Shown: in pieces, positions 1 through 9,209 of the stretch
Position numbering within the stretch: position 1 is the stretch's first letter
Layout: each line of letters starts with the position of its first letter
From: Turneriella sp.
GTDB taxonomy: Bacteria > Spirochaetota > Leptospiria > Turneriellales > Turneriellaceae
Direction: 5' to 3'
NCBI GenBank assembly: GCA_965279515.1
Contig: CBDIID010000003.1
Span: 3,904,001 to 3,968,000 of the forward strand
DNA length: 64,000 nucleotides
Program-made: the position numbers and the translations under genes
The notes under the pieces: generated by a model
Database searches by the model: none
What the model was told of the DNA's origin: nothing
What the model saw: only the letters and a program-made list of their open reading frames with translations

Positions 1-1
1 A

Positions 2-871
2 CTGAGGCAAGAAGCCCCGGCTACGGGCGCAGCCCTCGCAGCAGGGCCCGTCGTACTCGACGGGGCGAAATTTTTTGTCTGCGTCGCCGCGGTGACAACG
101 CTGGGTAAGCAGAGCCGAGATTATTACGATCTCACGCTATCGTTCGGTGAAGCTACGCAAAAGGGCGAAGTGGAACCAAATAATTCGCCCGGCACTGCAA
201 GCCCGATTCTCGCAGACCAGATAGAGGGAACGATCTCGACTTTCACCGATAGTGATTATTTTTCATACCGTAACCGCCGTGAATATCCGGTTTCCTTGCG
301 CATCGATCTCGAAAGTGTTATTTTAGCGACACTGTCGCTGACTGCGGCAAAACCCGGCCAGAGTCTTCAGCTTTTCGAAGACAGCGCCGCGAAAGGTGAG
401 GTGGGGGAGAATATACGCCTCGAGGCTGGCGAGACAGTAATTTTCTCAGTACGCAACCGGGCGAAACTGAAAAAGAAAAATTTTAAAATCACCGGGTATA
501 CTCTTAAATTACAGGAAACACAGGCGAGCGATGAAAATGAAACTGAACCTAACCATATTCCCGAAAAGGCCGACGGTCTCGTGGACCTGACGCAAAAATG
601 GGGTTTCGTGAACCCGATCGGCGATGTGGATTATTACCGCCTCAAGCTGTCATCCCCAGCGGAACGCCTGCTATCCTTCGAAAGTAAGATCGACTGCAAG
701 ATACGCATCGAACATTTACGCGCAGGCAAGAGCGTGGGAACGCAGAGCGCCCCGCAGAACGTGCGTTACCGCGCCCTGTTTGAAAAAGACGATCTTATCA
801 AAGTGCAGTGTTTAGGGCAAAAGCCTAACCCGGCGGAACGCGCGTACCGCATCGCACTGACGGAGCCCTGA
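2..871 (+). CDS. Hypothetical protein with pre-peptidase C-terminal (PPC)-like repeats, 5'-truncated by window edge
   Basis: Frame is open from base 2, upstream of the GTG at 92. Repeated ExEPN ... DxDYF/Y motifs (EVEPNNS..DSDYFSY; ETEPN..DVDYYRL). Confidence 0.6.
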   Translation: MRQEAPATGAALAAGPVVLDGAKFFVCVAAVTTLGKQSRDYYDLTLSFGEATQKGEVEPNNSPGTASPILADQIEGTISTFTDSDYFSYRNRREYPVSLRIDLESVILATLSLTAAKPGQSLQLFEDSAAKGEVGENIRLEAGETVIFSVRNRAKLKKKNFKITGYTLKLQETQASDENETEPNHIPEKADGLVDLTQKWGFVNPIGDVDYYRLKLSSPAERLLSFESKIDCKIRIEHLRAGKSVGTQSAPQNVRYRALFEKDDLIKVQCLGQKPNPAERAYRIALTEP

Positions 872-2139
872 TGCGCCTCGGTTCTGCTGTTATTATCGCC
901 CTGCCCATGCTCATGGGTGGCTTTGTCCAGTTTGTCATTTCCCAGTTCTACCAGAAGTTTGCCACCGACGCGCTGTTGCTCGACAGCGCCATTGTCGGGT
1001 CGATTTTCTTCGTCAGCCGCGCGACCGATGCTATTCTCGACCCTGTGTGCGGTTACCTGAGCGATCGTTTCAGCGCCCGGCGTGGCTTTATTGCTGCAGG
1101 CCTGGTGGCGCTTGCCGCGGGAACCCTGCTGGCTTTTTTACCGGCAAATTTCACGGCAGGTGAAAGCCGTGTCGCATACTATGCGCTTGCCGCTGCGGGA
1201 ATTTTCACCATCTACCTGGGCGTCACCCTCGTCTACATACCCCATTACGCGTGGCTGGCCTCGCTGCAAAAATTGCATCACACGGCGCCACTCTTTGCCG
1301 CGCGCGCCGTCACTGAGAATTTCGGCACCATTCTCGGGGGAGCCGCCCTGACTTTGCTGGTGCCTTACCAAAGTAGTATCAGCGGCCGCGGCGCCGATCT
1401 CATGATCACAGTGGCTGGCATGGTACTGGTACTCGCCGTCGTCGGAGCCCTGCCGCTGCTCTTTTACCGGGCCGGCGACGGCGAGACGGCGGCCTCGCCA
1501 TCATTTCTGAAAGCGCTCCGTGTGCTCGGCCAAAACCGCCGCTTTGCTCTCGTTGCGGCGATGAGCTTTTGTAACCAGTTTGCGGCGACGACGCTGCTGG
1601 CTGTTTCGATGTATTATGCGGATTATGTTTTGGGCCGCAAAGATCTCGGTGTCACTGTTGCGATTGTATTCCTGCTCAGTGCGACAGCCTTCGTTCCCGT
1701 TTGGTCGACGCTCGGGCGCAGGTTCGACCGCCATCGTCTCTGGGGTATCGCCCTCGCCGTTATTATTCTGGTGTTCCCGACATTGCTGATCACGCAGGCA
1801 GGCCATCTCTGGTATCTGACTGTTTTTGCCGTGATTGTGGGTGGTGCGGCGGGTGCGGTGATTCTCTATGTGCCGCAGGAAGTCTCAGAGATCACCGGGC
1901 TCAGCGACGGCGATGCAGGCGGCGGCCTCTATTTTGCCGCGTTCACATTTGTAAATAAATCGGCGATGGCCCTGTCGCCGCTGGCGATCGGTTTTGCCCT
2001 GAGCGCCGCCGCGTATAATCCCGCGGAGCGTACAGCGGCAGGTGCAGGCACGATAACATTCCTCTTCATCGGCCTGCCGGCCCTGGCTTTTATTCTCTCG
2101 GCGCTGCTGCTCAGGCTTTACACAAAACGTAGGTCATAA
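871..2139 (+). CDS. MFS transporter (GPH/MelB-like)
   Basis: About 12 hydrophobic segments; DAILDPVCGYLSDR motif typical of glycoside-pentoside-hexuronide symporters. Confidence 0.85.
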   Translation: MRLGSAVIIALPMLMGGFVQFVISQFYQKFATDALLLDSAIVGSIFFVSRATDAILDPVCGYLSDRFSARRGFIAAGLVALAAGTLLAFLPANFTAGESRVAYYALAAAGIFTIYLGVTLVYIPHYAWLASLQKLHHTAPLFAARAVTENFGTILGGAALTLLVPYQSSISGRGADLMITVAGMVLVLAVVGALPLLFYRAGDGETAASPSFLKALRVLGQNRRFALVAAMSFCNQFAATTLLAVSMYYADYVLGRKDLGVTVAIVFLLSATAFVPVWSTLGRRFDRHRLWGIALAVIILVFPTLLITQAGHLWYLTVFAVIVGGAAGAVILYVPQEVSEITGLSDGDAGGGLYFAAFTFVNKSAMALSPLAIGFALSAAAYNPAERTAAGAGTITFLFIGLPALAFILSALLLRLYTKRRS

Positions 2140-2803
2140 CCGGAAAGTTTTCTCCGGTTATGGCCAGGCCGTAGTTCGGCGTGATCTCTTTCATGGTGAA
2201 ACCCGCGGCCGCTGCGGTTTGGGTCAATTCTTCGGCGGCGAATATTCTCTGTGTATGTTGTTCTGTCGCCGATACCCGGCCGGTCATTGTCACTGTCGTG
2301 GTTAACAAGCGCAGGTCGGATGCATAGCGGTGCGCAAAACACACCTCGCCGTTCAGCGCATCGAACGTGCGCGTGGTGAGCATCACTGCACGTTCCGGCG
2401 GACAGACATCGAATACATAGACACCCCCTGTTTCGAGAACACGGTGGCATTCGCTGAAGTGCTGCAAGAGTGCCGCGTCGTCGCGCAGGTAATTCAGCGC
2501 CGCGTTGGTCGCCGCCAGCGCCGAAAATGCGGCGTCGCCAAAGGGTAAATGCAACGCATCGGCGCACACGCCCGAGGTTACGTCTTTCAGAAAGGGGAGG
2601 TGTTTATCGACCGAGATGCAGCTGAGGCCCGCGGCGCGCGCCGCGGCGGCGACGTAGCCGGGGCCGCTGAAGAGATCGGCCAGGGGTTTAGAAGAAGGGG
2701 AAAGATGACGCGCTATGAAGGCAAACCAGGCGCTATGGGGGAGATCCCCCATGACCTTGTCGTAATAAGAGTCGAAGACCGAGTACGGGGGGTGGGCCTG
2801 CAC
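2111..2803 (-). CDS. Class I SAM-dependent methyltransferase
   Basis: ADLFSGPG motif I, ADALHLPF, RVLETGGVYVFD. Confidence 0.8.
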   Translation of the reverse strand: MQAHPPYSVFDSYYDKVMGDLPHSAWFAFIARHLSPSSKPLADLFSGPGYVAAAARAAGLSCISVDKHLPFLKDVTSGVCADALHLPFGDAAFSALAATNAALNYLRDDAALLQHFSECHRVLETGGVYVFDVCPPERAVMLTTRTFDALNGEVCFAHRYASDLRLLTTTVTMTGRVSATEQHTQRIFAAEELTQTAAAAGFTMKEITPNYGLAITGENFPVMTYVLCKA

Positions 2804-3438
2804 TACTGCAGTTTAAAATCAGAAATGGCGTCTTTGACGCCCTTCGCCAGGTCGTCGAGTTTCATCAGCTGCTCTTTTTTCTCGGGCGGGGCTTCCTGTA
2901 TCAGTTTATCAAGGCTTTCGCGCATAAACCGCGACATCTGGTCGATGCGCTTGATGCGCGCCTGCAGCCCGTCGAGCATGGTGTTCAGCTGGTCTGCGGT
3001 TTCCTTGAGTTCGTCACCCTGCCTCAGCTTGATGCGCTGTGTCAGGTCGCCGCCGAGCGCTTCTTCAAAAGTACGCTCGATGCGCAGGATTGGACCTGCG
3101 ATTTTGTGCGAGAAAAGAACGAAGAGGATAGTCAGCGACAGCGCCATGACCAGCGCGAGCGAACCGAGGCCCAGCATGCCGTAGAGTTTTACTTTCTGGA
3201 ATACCGGACCCGAGCTCGCATCGACGCCGAGCGTCATCGAGAGCTTCTGTATGAGCTCCGCGGTGTTTTCAAACTGGTATTCTTTCGCGATGCTGTTGAC
3301 AGCAAACATAAAGCCGAAAGCCAGCACCAGCACAAAGAGCATGAGCGGTATAACCGCCTTGAAGATGAACTTACTTTGGAACCTGAAATCGATGACATAC
3401 TGGCGCTTTAGGGCAGAAGGGCGCTTGGCTTCACTCAT
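2803..3438 (-). CDS. Two-TM HAMP-domain membrane protein
   Basis: Two TM helices, then SHKIAGPILRIE..GDLTQRIKLRQGDEL HAMP signature. Confidence 0.75.
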   Translation of the reverse strand: MSEAKRPSALKRQYVIDFRFQSKFIFKAVIPLMLFVLVLAFGFMFAVNSIAKEYQFENTAELIQKLSMTLGVDASSGPVFQKVKLYGMLGLGSLALVMALSLTILFVLFSHKIAGPILRIERTFEEALGGDLTQRIKLRQGDELKETADQLNTMLDGLQARIKRIDQMSRFMRESLDKLIQEAPPEKKEQLMKLDDLAKGVKDAISDFKLQ

Positions 3439-3501
3439 CCCGCTGTATTGAGCCGACCTTTTCAGACGTCAAGGGGGTTTCAAAGGGAATTGCTGGGCCG
3501 G

Positions 3502-4586
3502 CCTTCATTCTCCAATGTACGCAAACCCCTCAAAAGCCCGCCCCAATAGCCGTTGACAGGCAATTTTATACGACTCTAACCGATTCGATCCTGGATCAAT
3601 TCTATCCGAAGTTCTGTTGCAATGAAAAGCTAACCAAAACCAGTTTGACAAGGGTTACTGTCGTACGTTGCCCAACCTGTCACAAGAGCTATTCTAAGCT
3701 TGCCGGAACGCCCCTAAACCACCTTAAAATTGATCGTTGGATGTTTGGCTATCTGTTGAAAGAGGGGCAAATTCAGTACCCCAAGGTTCTAACCATTGCT
3801 GAAATTCGAAAGAGGTTAGGGGTCTCTATTACAACTGCGGTGCGTTTGAAACGCCGATTGCAACTGTTCGCGAGTGATGTAATGCCACGGATGCAGAAGA
3901 AATTCTATACCGATAACAAATTGTTATTCCATGACTTCCAATTTCCTAAGAATCGTGAAACCGATTTAACTTCTATGGTGAAGGATTTGAAAATACCAAG
4001 TGCTGATACTGTTGTATTGTATAGCTGTGGAAGGCTTGCAAACAAAGGACGAAAACGCCATAAACGATCGGGTCAAACAAGTTCAATTTACCGTTCAGAA
4101 TCATTGGGAGCCGATCAGGTTGGAACGCTTGTAAATACATTGGGGGTTAAACAAGGGCCCACATTTTACGATTCAATTCCCAACCAAAAATCCGAAACTA
4201 TCTTCCGATAGTTCACAAGTACATCCCCTGGCATAACCCGCTATTCACAGACGAAGGTTATTCGCTGCCTTCAAGAAATCACAGGACTGTAAATCATTCA
4301 CGAAAGTCTTCGGATAAACGTTTCAAATGGGCACGGAATCGGTTTTCAAAGAATGGAATTCATAACAATGTAGCTGAAGGAAAAAATGGGGTGTTGAAAA
4401 AGGCGTTTGGTGCCCACACCTGGATTAATCCAAAGCATTCAAATCTGTACCTTACGGAGTTCGCTTTTAATGCCAATTTAAGGTATTTCGAATTGGAGGA
4501 TTTGCTGCCGGATGAATCGCGTTCAAATAGTGCGCCGCAATACCAATTGGATGAAAATTGGCAATTGCGCTCATTGAAGAGCAAGA
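3502..4586 (+). mobile_element. IS1595-like insertion sequence at the 3' end of tRNA-Gln
   Basis: Flanked by the 11-bp direct repeat TGCTGGGCCGG (3491-3501 and 4587-4597). Subterminal imperfect IRs: TCTCCAATGTACGCAA vs reverse-complement TCTTCAATGAGCGCAA (13/16). Contains a transposase. Confidence 0.7.
3546..4586 (+). pseudogene. IS1595-family (ISXO2-like) DDE transposase, frameshifted
   Basis: Zn-ribbon (YPKFCC..RCPTC) and HTH in one frame up to a stop at 4211. The -1 frame from ~4202 continues LPIVHKYIP..FTDEGY..HRTVNHS..IHNNVAEG..LKK..HTWINPKHSNLYLTEFAFNAN, the IS1595 catalytic pattern. Start codon unclear. Confidence 0.75.
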
Positions 4587-4588
4587 TG

Positions 4589-4660
4589 CTGGGCCGGAAG
4601 GGGTCGAACCTTCGCATGGCGGAATCAAAATCCGCTGCCTTACCACTTGGCTACGGCCCA
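4589..4660 (-). tRNA. tRNA-Gln (anticodon TTG)
   Basis: Reverse complement TGGGCCGTAGCCAAGTGGTAAGGCAGCGGATTTTGATTCCGCCATGCGAAGGTTCGACCCCTTCCGGCCCAG folds as a cloverleaf with GGTTCGA T-loop; complete CCA not encoded. Confidence 0.97.
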
Positions 4661-5659
4661 ATATTTCGAAACGGTATCACCTGCCAGGTCCCGCCGAGCC
4701 TCGCAGAGAGCAAAGCCTTGAGAGAAGTCAGGTTGCGCATCGGTATTTCTGCATCGGACGCGGCGAATAAAGCCGCTCCCGAACCCGTCATACCGAGCAC
4801 CCAGGCACCGGGAAAAAACTGCTTTGCCGTGCGGGCAAGTACAGTCTTAGCCTCAGAGAGCAAACGGCTCTGGGCGGGGAATACCGCCTGCGCCGCCGCG
4901 TCAAAGTCGTTTCGAAGCACTCTGACACCGCTGATGGGTTCGTCCGAATAGGGGATTTCGTTGAGGCGTAAAGCCAAATTAGATTGCGCAGACGCGGCAT
5001 TTTTCGCCGCCTCTGCCTCAACCTCCGGCAAATTCCAGCGGCGCACCTCGGCGAACATTTGCCCCGTCGGAAAGCCAAAACCGGGCACACAGATCCATCC
5101 GCCTAACCGCGGAATGCTCACTGCGGTGAGCTCATGCCCGACACCCTGGAGAAGCGCCGCCTGCCCCTGGAGACCATATTTCAGAAAAAACGGGATATCT
5201 GCGCCGAGCCTTTCTGTCTGTTTTATGAATTCGGGCGGAAGATTTTCAGCGCTGCCTGCCGCAGCCCAGAGCGCGGCGATGAGCGCTGCAGCGTCCGCTG
5301 AGGCACCGCCCAGACCGCCGGGTGAGGGTATCTGTTTTTCAACAGAAATCTGAAGCGCAGGCAGTGCGAGCGCGCACTCTTGTTTAAGATAAGAGCGCAT
5401 CACCCCGAGGGTTTTGAGGAGCAGGGGATTTGTAAGGGTGCCGGAGGCGATCTCGCGCCGGCGCGCAGGGCTGAGGTCAGTGGGCCAGCTGTGTTTCACC
5501 GCTTCCGCAGCGGCGGCCGTCACCGAAATACGATCGAAGACAGAGACCGGTACAAAGATGCTTTCGAGCCGGTGATAGCCGTTTTTGTAGCGTCCTGTGA
5601 TGCTCAGGCCGAGATTAATTTTTGCCGGCGCGCTAAAGGCAAGCGGTAGACGCATGCCG

Positions 5660-5667
<8 letters not shown>
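4651..5667 (-). CDS. ispE: 4-diphosphocytidyl-2-C-methyl-D-erythritol kinase
   Basis: APAKINLGL, KQIPSPGGLGGASADAA, LGADIPFF, MTGSGAALF motifs; ispE followed by tRNA-Gln is a common synteny. Confidence 0.95.
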
Positions 5668-7011
<1,344 letters not shown>

Positions 7012-7018
7012 TTAGAAT

Positions 7019-7912
7019 ATGAATATTTTTATCACTGGAATTGCCGGCTTTGTTGGTCAGCATTTGCGTGATTATTTTCTCAAGAAAGGATTTTCTGTAA
7101 CGGGTATTGCGAAGACGCAGACGTCGTATGCTCATATTTGTGATATAAATGACACTTCGCGAATGGCTGACCTGCTTTTGCAAGAGCAGCCAGATCGGAT
7201 TATCCACTTGGCCGCTATTTCAAACGTCGCCGGCAGTTTTGAGACAGAACGTCTTACTCACGAGATAAACTACATGGGTACTCTCTCGCTATTGCAAGCG
7301 GCACGAAAAGCGACACCAAAAGCCCGGATATTATTTGTTTCTAGTGGCCAGGTTTATGAATCGGCTTCCTTTCCAATAACCGAAACGGGTAAATTGGAAC
7401 CTCTCTCGCCTTATGCGTCATCGAAACTAGCGGCGGAAGTCTTGTGCCTTGAATTTTATTGTACCAAGAAAATGCATACAGTTGTAGCAAGATCGTTCAA
7501 CCATATCGGATCTGGACAGGACGAAGGCTTCTTTATTCCCTCAACACTTAAGCAGATAAAGACGGCTTTATCATCAGGGCAAAAAGAGCTTGTGCTCAAT
7601 GTCGGCAACTTGACTGCAATTAGGGATTTTCTCAGCGTGCAAGATGTTTGCGAAGCCTATTCGGTGCTGCTTGAAAAAGGCCAGCCAGGCAAGGCCTACA
7701 ACGTAGCATCGGGTAAAGGATACTCTATTCGCGAGGTCATAGATATATTTGCCGAAGTTTCCGGTTTGAAGATAACGATCAATCAAGATCCAGCAAGGGT
7801 GCGTACAGTTGAGAAGCCGAGTTTAATTGGCAATGCAAGTGAACTTATTAATCTGGGTTGGCGTCAAAGTCAGCAGTTCCGTGATATTCTGAAAAAACTT
7901 ATACACCCTTAA
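7019..7912 (+). CDS. rmd: GDP-4-keto-6-deoxyhexose reductase (Rmd-like extended SDR)
   Basis: ITGIAGFVG, PYASSK, RSFNHIG, VGNLTAIRDF; directly downstream of gmd. Confidence 0.75.
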   Translation: MNIFITGIAGFVGQHLRDYFLKKGFSVTGIAKTQTSYAHICDINDTSRMADLLLQEQPDRIIHLAAISNVAGSFETERLTHEINYMGTLSLLQAARKATPKARILFVSSGQVYESASFPITETGKLEPLSPYASSKLAAEVLCLEFYCTKKMHTVVARSFNHIGSGQDEGFFIPSTLKQIKTALSSGQKELVLNVGNLTAIRDFLSVQDVCEAYSVLLEKGQPGKAYNVASGKGYSIREVIDIFAEVSGLKITINQDPARVRTVEKPSLIGNASELINLGWRQSQQFRDILKKLIHP

Positions 7913-7925
7913 ATCTTGCTTGTTT

Positions 7926-9170
7926 TTAAGCGAAGTGGATTTCAGGCAATGGGAAAAGTAATTTGCCACCGGTGGCTAGAAACTCCCTCTCTCGCTCCAG
8001 TATGTTTTTTTCAAAATGCCATGGCAAAACAACAAATACATCTGGCTTAAGCTTTCTCGCTTCGGCCTCGGATATGATCGGAATTTTTGTTGCAGGTGTA
8101 AAAGCTCCGAATTTATCTTCGTTTACTTCAGCAATATATGGCATGAGTTCTGTGGTAATATTGCAATATTGTAATACGACATTGCCTTTAGTTGATGCTC
8201 CATATCCAAAAACTTTTTTGCCTTGTTTTTTCAGATCAACGAGCGTTTCATAGAATTCTTTCCTGTGCTTTTCTACCCGTTCTTTAAAGTGCTGGTATAC
8301 TTCCATTTGACCGTATCCATCATTTTTTTCTTTTTCCATTAAGCTCAATATGGCCTTTTCATTGATTGGGTGCTTGCTTTTTTCTTTTGCCACCGTAATA
8401 GAAAAGCTACCGCCGTTGACATCATTTAGCTCCACATTAATGATTTTAAAACCAACTTTTTTTGCCATGTAGTCAATTTGGCGTAGGGCATAGTATTCAA
8501 GATGCTCATGACAAACCGTGTCATAGGCATTCATTTCAATCATGGTCGGGAGATAACTTTGCTCAAAGGTCCACGTCCCTTCGTCATCTAAGATATTATG
8601 AATATCTTGTACAAAACGGATCGGTTCTTCGAGATCATAGAACATGGCAATTGAAGTTACAATTTTGGCCTTTTCATTTCCAAACACTGACTTGAAATTA
8701 GTTTCGGAGAAAAAGTCCGTTACGAGCTTTATGTACTCTGGATAGAAATGCCGGAATTTTTCCGCCGACGGATCAAAGCCGGCATACCGCCCTAGGTCTG
8801 GAGGGTAGGCTTTTAAAGTCGTTGCGTCGTTACAGCCAATATCGATGACGATATCTCCCTTTTTTATGGGATATTTCTGTAGCAGATTAGAAATCTTACC
8901 GTGTAAGTGCTTAACCATAGACAAATTGAGTCCGGATCGGTAACCGTATGTTTCGCCATACATACCATCCAGCTTATATGTATGTTTTAATTGAACTAAG
9001 CCGCAACCGCCATGGCTTTCACTGCATTTTACAAGCTCCAGAGGCATCGTATCCACCTGCTGATTCTCATTTTTTGGAAATATCCCCGTAAGGGCTTGTA
9101 CGCCCAAATCGAGGATGCTGCTAAGATGCGGACTATTGCATATGCGACAGTGTTCAACCGCTTGGTACAT
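7926..9170 (-). CDS. NDP-hexose C-methyltransferase
   Basis: N-terminal CRIC..C..GC zinc site, DIGCNDAT, CHEHLEYY, GYGASTKG, VLPWHF..FPLP C-terminal domain. Confidence 0.88.
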   Translation of the reverse strand: MYQAVEHCRICNSPHLSSILDLGVQALTGIFPKNENQQVDTMPLELVKCSESHGGCGLVQLKHTYKLDGMYGETYGYRSGLNLSMVKHLHGKISNLLQKYPIKKGDIVIDIGCNDATTLKAYPPDLGRYAGFDPSAEKFRHFYPEYIKLVTDFFSETNFKSVFGNEKAKIVTSIAMFYDLEEPIRFVQDIHNILDDEGTWTFEQSYLPTMIEMNAYDTVCHEHLEYYALRQIDYMAKKVGFKIINVELNDVNGGSFSITVAKEKSKHPINEKAILSLMEKEKNDGYGQMEVYQHFKERVEKHRKEFYETLVDLKKQGKKVFGYGASTKGNVVLQYCNITTELMPYIAEVNEDKFGAFTPATKIPIISEAEARKLKPDVFVVLPWHFEKNILEREREFLATGGKLLFPLPEIHFA

Positions 9171-9177
9171 ACGTAGC

Positions 9178-9191
9178 TTTTTTTTTTTTTT
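9178..9191. repeat. 14-nt homopolymer (T14 on +, A14 on coding strand)
   Basis: Counted directly; lies 7 nt upstream of the C-methyltransferase ATG. Confidence 0.95.
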
Positions 9192-9209
9192 AATCGAGTG
9201 TCAATGAGA

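Noticed and set aside
4391..4951. Track ORF 4391..4951 as an independent gene
   Set aside because: Its first part is the frameshifted transposase C-terminus; the rest is antisense to tRNA-Gln and ispE.
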